DNA of 64,000 bases, taken from the NCBI GenBank assembly GCA_963733035.1, contig CAVTBU010000006.1, positions 64,001 to 128,000 on the forward strand, written 5' to 3'. The DNA is from Pirellulales bacterium. Its GTDB lineage: Bacteria > Planctomycetota > Planctomycetia > Pirellulales > PALSA-1355. The notes beneath the pieces were generated by a model. That model was not told where the DNA came from and ran no database searches. It saw nothing but the letters and a program-made list of their open reading frames with translations. This document shows positions 19,884 through 29,149 of the stretch, piece by piece. The position numbers were made by a program, and so were the translations under genes. Each line of letters starts with the position of its first letter. Positions within the stretch are counted from its first letter, which is position 1.

Positions 19884-21947
19884 TTAACGCTGTCCGCGAC
19901 GGCCTCCGAAAAGCTTCAAGATGGTCGTCAATTCTTCCTCGGTGATCCCACCATCGCCATTGGCATCGATCAGCGCGAACCGCTCGGCAAATTGGCCGGG
20001 CAATTCATCCTGAACGAGTTTGCCGTCTTTGTTGGCATCGAGCTTGGCAAAGATCTGCTTTGGATCAGGCATGTCTGGCACTCCGCCGCTTGGAGGACCG
20101 GGGTCCTCACCCTTCGGGAATATTTCGACATAAAAGCCGATCATCATCTCTTCGAAGGTTTGATCTCCCCAAGTGACCGTTTTGGTGGGGTCAGGATTCG
20201 AAAGATTATCCTCCGAATTATCCCAATGAGCCGTGCAGACGAGCCGTGTCCCCTTGGGGATCCGCTTTGGCTCCTTGAGGTGATACGTCGTCTGCCAATT
20301 GAAGTCGTACGCCGGCACGTCGAGCAGAATCTCTTGCTCGCCATTTGGATAAAACGCTTCGTAGCGGAAGGCTTTGCCGCGCGTATGCATGTGCGGCGTC
20401 ATGTTCACGATGGTCGCATCATGCTTGAATGTCGTCTCCGCTGAATCGGAGTAGTCGTGAGCTCCCGGGGGGATCGAGAAGAATGTATCCACGACTGCCG
20501 TGCTGCGGGCTTCAAACTTGACCTTCTCCGGATCCGTAAACTTAAAGCCTACGTAGCTTAGATCCTTTTGCGGCGTGCCGTTGGGAGTGTAGTGCAGCTG
20601 AAATACGAGCTTGCTTCCGGCCTTTACATGAACGGCCGTATTGTTGCCTTCACGAAATAGCACGTTGGCGCCCGGCGCATACGCCGCCACCAGGTTGCCG
20701 CTGGTCAACGCGCCCCCGCCGCCCCCACCGCCTTCGCCACGTCGACGGTTTCCAGTTCTTCGGCGCTTCGGTTCGCCGTCGCGGTCTCCGCGACCGACAT
20801 CGCCGGGCTTCAAATCGCTAGGGGCCACAAAGACCAAGATATGGTGCACCGTTTCCAGGCTACCCGGCTTGGCCTCGGCCGCCACAATCCACTTGTCTTC
20901 CTTCCAGCCCGGATCGACGACGAAGTGATAATAGTCGACGACGCCCTCCGCAGGCACGGTCACCGGCTTGTCTTTCATGTAGATGATTTGGTCCGGCTCG
21001 CCGATCGACCAGCCCTCGACGAACTGTCGTGGTTCGGGCAATTGCGACCGATCGCCTTCGGGGCAGCCGTTATCGACCCACTTGGCAATCATCTGCTTCT
21101 CTTCGTCGGTCAAGCGGGCTTCATTTGCGAACTCGCCATGGCTCGGATCGGCATGCCAGGGGGGCATGCGACCCTGATCGACCACTTCGCGAATCATTTC
21201 TCCCCAACCAACGACCTCGTCGTAGCTGGTCATCACGAATGGACCGATGCGTCCTGCGCGGTGACATTCCACGCAATTTTTCTGGAAGATTCGCGAGATT
21301 TGATTGCTATAGGTCACGTCGGAATCATTGTTCGGCTGTTTCACGCGGCCGATATGACAACCAAGCGCTGTGGTGGTGGGAACAGTGACTTCCTTGCCTG
21401 CGAGCAGTTCCTTGACCGCTTCGACCATGTCTCGCCGCGAGGGTTCCGGACGTTGGTAACCGAGTCCGTCCGCGAAACCATATTGATCGTCGATGCGGCC
21501 CCAGTAGCGGACCACGCGGTCTTTATCCAACACGAATACTTCGGGAGTGCGAATGGCACCAAAGTGATCGGCCACTTGGTTCCGCACGTCTCTAAGCATG
21601 GGAAACTCGATGTCGTGCCGCTCGGCGTACGCTTCGATCTCCTGGAGCGAATCCTGCTGATTCGAGTCAATGCCCATGAACGCGACGCGCGACGGCTTGA
21701 ACTCCTTTTGCAAGGCGGCCAGCTTCGGAGCATAGAGTTTGGCCATGGGGCATTCAGTACCCAGGAAAACAACGACAACAACATCTTGTTTCAGATCGCG
21801 CAGAGAGTAATTCTTGCCGAACTGATTCTTGAGCGTAAAGGCGCTGATTTTCCTGCCTACGCGTGGAGCATCGTCCGCGGCTCGCACGGTCGGCATGGCG
21901 ACGGCGGCCGCTAGCAGCAGGATCGACGCGACAAACAAACGACGCAT
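19884..21947 (-). CDS. Secreted redoxin + cytochrome c + copper type II monooxygenase-like + EF-hand fusion protein
   Basis: Signal peptide. AhpC-like redoxin (GTECPMA, TPEVF, YWGRIDDQ), CVECH heme motif, HH / QLHY / PHMH / EEMM, and two C-terminal EF-hand loops. Confidence 0.85.
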   Translation of the reverse strand: MRRLFVASILLLAAAVAMPTVRAADDAPRVGRKISAFTLKNQFGKNYSLRDLKQDVVVVVFLGTECPMAKLYAPKLAALQKEFKPSRVAFMGIDSNQQDSLQEIEAYAERHDIEFPMLRDVRNQVADHFGAIRTPEVFVLDKDRVVRYWGRIDDQYGFADGLGYQRPEPSRRDMVEAVKELLAGKEVTVPTTTALGCHIGRVKQPNNDSDVTYSNQISRIFQKNCVECHRAGRIGPFVMTSYDEVVGWGEMIREVVDQGRMPPWHADPSHGEFANEARLTDEEKQMIAKWVDNGCPEGDRSQLPEPRQFVEGWSIGEPDQIIYMKDKPVTVPAEGVVDYYHFVVDPGWKEDKWIVAAEAKPGSLETVHHILVFVAPSDLKPGDVGRGDRDGEPKRRRTGNRRRGEGGGGGGGALTSGNLVAAYAPGANVLFREGNNTAVHVKAGSKLVFQLHYTPNGTPQKDLSYVGFKFTDPEKVKFEARSTAVVDTFFSIPPGAHDYSDSAETTFKHDATIVNMTPHMHTRGKAFRYEAFYPNGEQEILLDVPAYDFNWQTTYHLKEPKRIPKGTRLVCTAHWDNSEDNLSNPDPTKTVTWGDQTFEEMMIGFYVEIFPKGEDPGPPSGGVPDMPDPKQIFAKLDANKDGKLVQDELPGQFAERFALIDANGDGGITEEELTTILKLFGGRRGQR

Positions 21948-22132
21948 GGCATTCTCCTCAGAAGTCGAAACCGACTCAGTTGGGGATGGGGCCGCTGGGG
22001 GGATTCGCAGACCGAAGCGAACGCGGCGACTCGCCATTATAGTCGCAGTCAGCGATATTCTCAAAGAAGAATCGAGCCAGAACGGCGCGGTTCATGGTTG
22101 TGGTTCGCCGATCGCGGTGGGTCAATCAGTGT

Positions 22133-22939
22133 TCACTTGAGCACCTGTCCGCGAACAATGGCCATAAACCATCGAACGGGCAGCAACCGGCGGGCTGTTA
22201 GAATTGCGTGAGAGTTGACCGGATAGCGGAGCCGCGCGGTGCGGTCGGTCGCGGCCCGAAAAATCGTGCGTGCCACGACTTCCGGTCCCGGGGCGTCGTG
22301 GCCGGCTTGTTGCATTCGCGGCATGGCCTTCTCGACGAAGGCATCGTACGCCGTTAGACCTGTTTTCGTCATTAGCTCAAGCGAACGGTCGTAGAAGTCG
22401 GTCTTGATGGGACCGGGCTCGATAATCTTGACCTGGATTCCCAGCGGCTCCAATTCGTAGACCAGCGACTCGGAAAAACCTTCCACGGCCCATTTCGTTG
22501 CGTGGTATACGCTGTATAGAGGGAACGTAACACGCCCCCCCATCGAACTGACATTGATCAATCTGCCGCTTTTTTGCTGGCGAAAGTGGGGAATGATCTC
22601 GCGAGTTACGTTCATCAAGCCCGCCACGTTGGTTTGCAATTGTCGCTCGACTTGTTCGGGCGTTGATGCTTCGAAGGGGCCAACGAGTCCATAGCCGGCG
22701 TTGTTCACCACCACGTTGATCGTGCCGAAGCGCTCCGTGGCCTGGCCGATCGCCGCCTGAATACTTTGGGGCTCTGTCACGTCTAGTTGCAGGGCGACCG
22801 CTTGGGATGCCGTTAGCCAGGTCGCTTCCTCGGGGCGACGCATCGTGGCCGCAACGTTCCAGCCCTGTTGGGCAAAAAGCTGCGCGGTCGCCCGGCCGAT
22901 CCCGCTCGATGCGCCGGTGATTAGGACGGTTTTGCTCAT
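22133..22939 (-). CDS. Short-chain dehydrogenase/reductase
   Basis: TGASSGIG, NNAGYG, YHATK. Confidence 0.95.
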   Translation of the reverse strand: MSKTVLITGASSGIGRATAQLFAQQGWNVAATMRRPEEATWLTASQAVALQLDVTEPQSIQAAIGQATERFGTINVVVNNAGYGLVGPFEASTPEQVERQLQTNVAGLMNVTREIIPHFRQQKSGRLINVSSMGGRVTFPLYSVYHATKWAVEGFSESLVYELEPLGIQVKIIEPGPIKTDFYDRSLELMTKTGLTAYDAFVEKAMPRMQQAGHDAPGPEVVARTIFRAATDRTARLRYPVNSHAILTARRLLPVRWFMAIVRGQVLK

Positions 22940-23174
22940 GTCGGTCTCCAGGGAATACGAAAGTCGCTGCGTGTAGGGTACCCTGCGGCCACGCACGATG
23001 TCATGCGAGAATCCTTGTCGAGCGAACGGGCTTTCTCACCCAAGTCGCCTCATTCGCAGTTGCTTCAGGCACGGGGAAAAACTTGAACTGCCGCCAGGCC
23101 CAAGTGCAAGCCAAGCAAGAATCTAGGGCGGGCCATCCTGTACGGTTGATTTCGGCCTCCAACGGTTCCTGCTG

Positions 23175-23208
23175 CTTCATCTTCACTTCAGGTTCCCGTC
23201 CCTATAGT
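23175..23208 (+). promoter_or_regulatory. Putative OmpR/PhoB-type operator (direct repeat at 11-bp period) with a -10 box
   Basis: CTTCATCTT (23175-23183) and CTTCAGGTT (23186-23194), then TATAGT (23203-23208), upstream of the EF-hand/response regulator/kinase genes. Confidence 0.5.
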
Positions 23209-23283
23209 TCACATCGCAATCGCGGTTGATCCGCGTGGCAAGTCCGGATGAGGGGGCGAATTCTTTTCAGCGAAAGGGCTCGA

Positions 23284-23940
23284 ATGATGAAGACGATTTT
23301 GGCTAGCTTCGTACTCCTAGGCTTGGGAATGCTCGCTGCAGTGACGCTCGCGCAGCCGCCCGATGGACCGCCATCGGGACGCGGAGGAGGACCGCGTGGT
23401 GAGGGACCTCCGCCTCCGCCGCCGGTAATGGAGGCACTTGACGCCGACCACGACGGCACGATTTCGGCTGAAGAAATCGCGGGCGCCAGCGAGGCACTCA
23501 AGTCTCTCGACAAAAACGACGACGGCGAACTGTCGGGCGATGAGATCCGCCCACCTCGTCCTCGCCATTTCGGAGAGGGTCGTGGTCGTGGAGCCGGCGA
23601 TCGCGGTGAATTCGGTCCGCCGCAGGACGGTCCACGCGGGCGTCGCGGTGGCCCCGATGCACTCGATCGTGGTGCTCGCGGTCGGGGTCGCCAGGATCGT
23701 GGCCAGCGGAGTGGCGGCCCACGAGGTGACGGTCCTCCCCCCGGTGGTCCGGGTGCGGGCGGTCCACCACCATTCATGCCGCCGCATCTGCGAGACGAGT
23801 TGGACCTGAGCGAGGACCAGATGCAACAACTCTCGGATTTGCACAAAGAAATGCGAGAGAAGTTTGAGAAGATTTTGACGGAAGAACAGCGCGAGAAGCT
23901 CAAGGAACTCGGGCCTCCGCCAAGACCTCCCCGAGACTAG
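23284..23940 (+). CDS. Secreted EF-hand protein, Gly/Pro/Arg-rich, with a Spy/CpxP-like (LTxxQ) C-terminus
   Basis: Signal peptide, [12 protein letters not shown] and [12 protein letters not shown] loops, LDLSEDQ and [10 protein letters not shown]. Confidence 0.8.
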   Translation: MMKTILASFVLLGLGMLAAVTLAQPPDGPPSGRGGGPRGEGPPPPPPVMEALDADHDGTISAEEIAGASEALKSLDKNDDGELSGDEIRPPRPRHFGEGRGRGAGDRGEFGPPQDGPRGRRGGPDALDRGARGRGRQDRGQRSGGPRGDGPPPGGPGAGGPPPFMPPHLRDELDLSEDQMQQLSDLHKEMREKFEKILTEEQREKLKELGPPPRPPRD

Positions 23941-24164
23941 CGGCCGCGAGCGTTCTTGCTGGAAGGCGACCGTTTCAGTCGGGCGCCGGGGCCGCATGTT
24001 TCAGGCTCGCGGGTTAGGTGGATGGTGAATTTAGCGACCACCAGACACCTGGCCCGCGAGCCGCTTGGTTTGGGGGCCACGCCAACCGCGGCGGCGACCT
24101 CCAGCTATGATACGAGTAGTGACTCGGGCGCCGGTTCTGGCGAGGTTTGTTGCGGGTTCCCATC

Positions 24165-24818
24165 ATGCGAGTATTGGTAATTGAAGATGAGCCTGAGCTG
24201 CTGGGCGTCGTGACACAGGCGCTGCGGGAGGAAGGCTATGCCGTGGATGCGGCGGGCGACGGCGAGGAGGGGTTGTTTCGCGCCCAAAGCTGGGACTACG
24301 ACGCGGTGGTGCTGGACCTGATGCTGCCGAAGCTGGATGGTTGGGAGGTCCTTTCTAGATTGCGCCGCGAGAAGAAGACGCCTGTGTTGATTCTGACGGC
24401 ACGCGACACCGTGCCAGACCGCGTGCGAGGGCTCGACGGCGGCGCCGACGACTACCTCGTCAAGCCGTTTGAGCTCACGGAATTGTTCGCGCGGCTGCGG
24501 GCTTTGATTCGCCGCGCCAATGGCCAGGCGAAATCCGATATCGAGATTGCGGACGTGGTAATCGATATCCGCGGACGGCGAGTGACACAGCACGGAGAGG
24601 CGGTCGCGCTGACGGCCAGAGAGTACGCCCTGGTCGAATTGCTAGCATTGCATCGCGGCGAAGTTGTCACCCGCACGCAGATGTACGAGCATCTATTCGA
24701 CGAGAGCGAGGACACGTTGTCGAACTTGCTCGATGTGCACGTTTCGAACGTCCGCCGCAAGTTAGGCAAGGATTTTATTGTCACGCGGCGGGGTCAGGGG
24801 TACGCGATCGATGTTTAA
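24165..24818 (+). CDS. OmpR/PhoB-family response regulator
   Basis: VIEDE, LDLMLP, LTARD, GADDYLVKPF, and a winged helix ending in TRRGQGY. Confidence 0.96.
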   Translation: MRVLVIEDEPELLGVVTQALREEGYAVDAAGDGEEGLFRAQSWDYDAVVLDLMLPKLDGWEVLSRLRREKKTPVLILTARDTVPDRVRGLDGGADDYLVKPFELTELFARLRALIRRANGQAKSDIEIADVVIDIRGRRVTQHGEAVALTAREYALVELLALHRGEVVTRTQMYEHLFDESEDTLSNLLDVHVSNVRRKLGKDFIVTRRGQGYAIDV

Positions 24819-26466
24819 TTCCATTCGCCTTCGTCTGCAGATCTGGTACGCGATTGTGCTGATCGCGGTGATCGGAGGATTTGCCGGTGCGCTCTATTTT
24901 CAGGTCCGTATCAATCACATGCGGACACTCGATGCCAGGCTCGAGTCGGCGGCGAACTACTTGCAGGCTGCATTGCACAGTCTGCCGCCCCACGAAATCG
25001 AACCGGGCGGGCGCGGACCACGTTTTCCGCGCAGGGGCGAGCGACCACACGGTCCACCCGCCGCGATGCGTGAGCCGCATCACGATGGACATCCACCGGT
25101 GGGACCACCCCCCGAGGCCGAACCTCTGCGTGGACCGGGTGACCGTCGTCCAGAGCGTTTTCCGGCCGATCGGCCGCAGTCAAACATCGCCTTGCCGAGT
25201 TCGCTGTTGGATGCCCCCGATGGAACAAGCGAGGATTGGCCGTATTTCACAATTTGGCGCGGCGACGGCACAGTTTTGACCGAATCTGATACTTCCCAAT
25301 CGCCGTCCGCGAACGGACGAGTAGTACCGCGCACCGAATTCGCGTTGCGTTCGGGGTTTCCTCCCGGATTTCGTTGGACGACTGGCGAGCTGCGCGAGAT
25401 TGTGATCGCTGGTCCGCACGGCACGACGATCCTCGTGGGAAAGCCAGCCGGTCGCGAGTTGGCCGAAATGCGCTGGTTCGCGTGGCGACTGTTGGGCAGC
25501 GGCGGAGTCTTGTTGGTGGTTGGGCTGGCTGGCGGCTGGCTGATCTCGCGTAGCATCACACGACCCATCGATGCCATTGCCGCCACGGCTTCGGAAATCT
25601 CGGCCCGCAACTTGGCACGCCGGATTGAACTTGGCGGGCTGGATCAGGAGTTAGTGGGTCTGGCGACGATTCTGAACGAAATGTTCGCACGGCTGGAAGC
25701 GGCATTCGAACGACAATCGCGGTTCACCTCCGATGCCTCGCACGAACTTCGTACGCCGTTGGCTGTGCTCCATGCCCATGCCGAGTTGGCCCTTTCACGA
25801 CCTCGTTCCGGGGACGAATACCGCGAAACGTTGGCGGCTTGTCTGAAGGCGGCGGGGCGAATGGGCACACTCGTTGATGGCTTGTTGGTGTTGGCTCGGG
25901 CGGATGCGGGTTGCCTGGATCCTCAACTTAGAGAACTCGATTGGCGTGGAGTTGTGGAGGAGATCGTTGATCAATATCGACCTCAGGCGGCGGCTATTGG
26001 CATTGAACTATCAACGGCGCTGGATGAGAGCGTGCCCGTGCGCGGAGACGTAACATTGCTGGCGCGCGTATCGAGCAATTTGTTGGCCAATGCGTTGCGG
26101 TATACGCCCCGTGGTGGCCAGGTGCACGTGGCGCTTACGGCACGATCGCACGACGGAGCGATGCTGGCCATCGAAGATACCGGCTGCGGAATTCCGGTCG
26201 AAGATCAAAATAAGGTGTTTGAACGTTTTTTCCGCGCCGACAAGGCCCGTTCGCGAGCGCAGGGAGGCAACGGGTTGGGGCTGGCGATCTGCAAGAGTCT
26301 GGTCGAAGCGCATCACGGCACAATTAGCTTCAAATCAACGCCCGATCGGGGCAGCCGATTCGAAGTGCGACTACCGCTCGCGAAAACGGGTGGGTCGGTT
26401 CCGCGGATACATGGCTCAGCGACAGACGACTCGTCGACCACGCCAAACGTGAAAACAATTGGCTAG
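24811..26466 (+). CDS. Sensor histidine kinase (2 TM, HAMP, HisKA, HATPase)
   Basis: DASHELRTPL, NLLANALRY, DTGCGI, GNGLGLAIC. 8-nt overlap with the regulator gene. Confidence 0.95.
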   Translation: MFNSIRLRLQIWYAIVLIAVIGGFAGALYFQVRINHMRTLDARLESAANYLQAALHSLPPHEIEPGGRGPRFPRRGERPHGPPAAMREPHHDGHPPVGPPPEAEPLRGPGDRRPERFPADRPQSNIALPSSLLDAPDGTSEDWPYFTIWRGDGTVLTESDTSQSPSANGRVVPRTEFALRSGFPPGFRWTTGELREIVIAGPHGTTILVGKPAGRELAEMRWFAWRLLGSGGVLLVVGLAGGWLISRSITRPIDAIAATASEISARNLARRIELGGLDQELVGLATILNEMFARLEAAFERQSRFTSDASHELRTPLAVLHAHAELALSRPRSGDEYRETLAACLKAAGRMGTLVDGLLVLARADAGCLDPQLRELDWRGVVEEIVDQYRPQAAAIGIELSTALDESVPVRGDVTLLARVSSNLLANALRYTPRGGQVHVALTARSHDGAMLAIEDTGCGIPVEDQNKVFERFFRADKARSRAQGGNGLGLAICKSLVEAHHGTISFKSTPDRGSRFEVRLPLAKTGGSVPRIHGSATDDSSTTPNVKTIG

Positions 26467-26479
26467 GTGTTCGGTCGGT

Positions 26480-28903
26480 TTAGCGTAGCGGATTGTCGCG
26501 ATCCGTCGATTCATCGCGGGTTTGACCATCGACAGCGAGCTTGTTGCCGGAGAAGATCAGCACGCTCGCGCCGCTGCTATTGCGGATTCGCATGGCGCCC
26601 AGCCCTGCAGTTGCTCTTTCGCCGACATCCTTCAATGCGATTTCGGGCACGGTCACTTGACGGCGTCCGCTACGTAATCGGGCTGGCTCCGTGGCGTCAC
26701 TGTCGCTGGCCAGTACGGCGTCCACGGTCGGCTGGGTGACGACCTCGGGTGAGTGATCTTCAGTCATTCTGGGCGTTGCCGCCAGCGAGCGCGACATTGG
26801 CTCGGCGATCGATACATCCGGATGCGGGACTGATTCGACTTCGCTCTCCACAATATCCATCGGTATCGGTGGCGGCCGCCGCACAACTTGCTTTTCGACG
26901 GCCGGAACATCATACATCGGGGGTGCAGGCGGAGCGTCATGATGGGCCGGTTCGTGTTTCGAGCCTGGCAGCTTGGTCAATTCGTTGATGGCCCGTAGCG
27001 GCCGGAAGAGTCCGGCCGTCAAATCCTGCAAAGTGAGCTTGCGATAGCCTTTTCTCTTCGCTGGCCGCGCTGCCTGGTGCGTTGCCCCGTGGTGCGGCTG
27101 CTGCACTTGAGGTTTTCGCGCGACCGTGTCGGCGGGATTCTCCTCCCGGACAATTGACGCGTCGAATGAGTCGACGGCGTCTGCTTCGCATTTTTCTGAG
27201 CGAGCGATTTTGCGATGGCTGACGTCGCAGCTGTCCTGCTGGCATTTCTTGCATGTGCACTCGCTGCGCGATACGTATTCAACGGCAGGAGCGTAATACG
27301 ACCGCGCGGAGGCGAGATCGTGCGGCGACGCAATATGGGATTCGGTCGTGACCGACGATGCCGCAATCGGAGCATCTGTCGCATCGGAATCGACGGCAAC
27401 TTGCTTGACGCGTGAGACCATTGCCATCAAGTTTGGCAGGATGGCCTTTTCGTTGGTCATTGCTTTGGGTGTGCTGGCCGGCGCAGGTACTGCGTCCGGC
27501 GTAGACATCTGGGACTGGCCCCCAGATTGGGCAACAGCACTCGTTTCCAATTTTCGCGACCCGCGACCAAAAAGTGCGGGTGAAAGTAGCGCCCGGTGCC
27601 TTGCCTGGCGATCACCTTGGGAAGTCACCGGCGCCGAGGTAACGGGCTTGGTCGGTTCCGACGGACTGATCGCTGCCGATGAGTTCGAGTTTGACGAATT
27701 GCCCCCGCTCGCTGCCTGTTCATCGACCATCACCGGTGTCGTCTCGACCGGCATCACTTTCTTGTCCGGCGACGCCGTCTCGGCGTTGACCAATGTGGCG
27801 CGTGGTGAACCCTTCGCCCGCCACTTCAGGTCTGGCCCCTTTTCGACTCGAGGAGCCGACTTGACTTGTGCCAAGGTTGGGGCCGCCGGCGGCGTTTCGC
27901 CCGCTGCTTCTATCGCGGGCATTTTGTCAGCTATTGAAATGGAACTTGCATCTGCAACGGGCTGAGCAAGCGTGGGGACTGGCGCGACCGGCGTTGTCTC
28001 TGCTGGCTTTCGTCCGAATGCAAACAGGGCTCGCGGCTTGGATCCATCGTTCACTTGTGCGACCGGAGCCGGTGTTGTCTGCGACCTGGCGAACAGCGCC
28101 CGCGGTTGTTGGGAGTTGTCCGCGGCAACGGGGGGGCGTCGGTCCGACGGTGCGAGCAACGCCTTGTATTCCTGAGCAACGGGCTGGGCCGCGCGCTGCG
28201 AGCGTGCAAACAAAGCCTTCGATGAAGACTGCATTTGGACGTTTTGATTCTCCGTGGTGGGCGGCTCGCTGCTCGAACCATCCGTTTCGCTCATGACCGA
28301 CTTAGCGAATTTGGGCCACGTAAACAAGCCGCTGCTCTCGCCACGGCCGAGCGGGTTGCGAGATTGAACCGGCCAGAACTCGCCGGGCACTTCCGGACTG
28401 ATTTCGCGGGGGGCGAAGTTGACCGTACCGGGTTGCACGCCGCCGGGCATCACGATGATTATCGGGGACTGACCCGCCGTGACAGGTAATTGCGTCGCCA
28501 ACAGCTGTGCTTGGGCAACGGTCGACGCCGGCACCGCGGTTTCAATCCGCGAACCGCTTGGAAGTTCGGCGGGCGCAACGCCTGCGACGGGCACGACCGG
28601 CGACTGCCCTAGAACCAGCGACGTAGGCGGTAGTGGAGTGCTCGTTGTCGGGCGCGCCTCTGCCAGCGGCTGACGGTTCAGGATCGAACCGGGTGGAATC
28701 AACGCCCGCTGGGGAGCTTCGTCGACGTGTTGGGGTTGGTCATCCGATTTCTCACCGGGCTTCAAGCGAGACATCAGGCTATCGAGTTGAAGGAGCGCCT
28801 TCCGCGGCTTGGGCGTCGTTTGAGCGTTTAGCGGCGCGCACGCCAAGCCCAACAGGAGGGCCGAACCCACGATGACGCACTGCTTGGTGAAGGAGTGGTG
28901 CAT
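26480..28903 (-). CDS. Large secreted low-complexity (Pro/Ala/Ser/Thr) hypothetical protein
   Basis: ORF of about 800 codons with a signal-peptide-like N-terminus. No recognisable globular domain. Confidence 0.65.
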   Translation of the reverse strand: MHHSFTKQCVIVGSALLLGLACAPLNAQTTPKPRKALLQLDSLMSRLKPGEKSDDQPQHVDEAPQRALIPPGSILNRQPLAEARPTTSTPLPPTSLVLGQSPVVPVAGVAPAELPSGSRIETAVPASTVAQAQLLATQLPVTAGQSPIIIVMPGGVQPGTVNFAPREISPEVPGEFWPVQSRNPLGRGESSGLFTWPKFAKSVMSETDGSSSEPPTTENQNVQMQSSSKALFARSQRAAQPVAQEYKALLAPSDRRPPVAADNSQQPRALFARSQTTPAPVAQVNDGSKPRALFAFGRKPAETTPVAPVPTLAQPVADASSISIADKMPAIEAAGETPPAAPTLAQVKSAPRVEKGPDLKWRAKGSPRATLVNAETASPDKKVMPVETTPVMVDEQAASGGNSSNSNSSAAISPSEPTKPVTSAPVTSQGDRQARHRALLSPALFGRGSRKLETSAVAQSGGQSQMSTPDAVPAPASTPKAMTNEKAILPNLMAMVSRVKQVAVDSDATDAPIAASSVTTESHIASPHDLASARSYYAPAVEYVSRSECTCKKCQQDSCDVSHRKIARSEKCEADAVDSFDASIVREENPADTVARKPQVQQPHHGATHQAARPAKRKGYRKLTLQDLTAGLFRPLRAINELTKLPGSKHEPAHHDAPPAPPMYDVPAVEKQVVRRPPPIPMDIVESEVESVPHPDVSIAEPMSRSLAATPRMTEDHSPEVVTQPTVDAVLASDSDATEPARLRSGRRQVTVPEIALKDVGERATAGLGAMRIRNSSGASVLIFSGNKLAVDGQTRDESTDRDNPLR

Positions 28904-29149
28904 GACCGTCCCACGCGAATGAATTGGCGATTTGTGTCGATTCAGGGTTTCGTATCGCTCGCGGTGTTGTTGCCCGCTACGCAACCCTTCCTAGGCAAGT
29001 ATTCGGGTATTAACGGCTGCAACGCGCGTTTAATCGGCATGCCTGGAACAGTCGCCGAAAGCGGCAGGGATTGCCGGACACGGAAAGTCTACTTGGACTT
29101 CCCAGGTTGACTGTCTGTCTCCGATTTGCCTGCTAGTGTCTTCCGCTAG

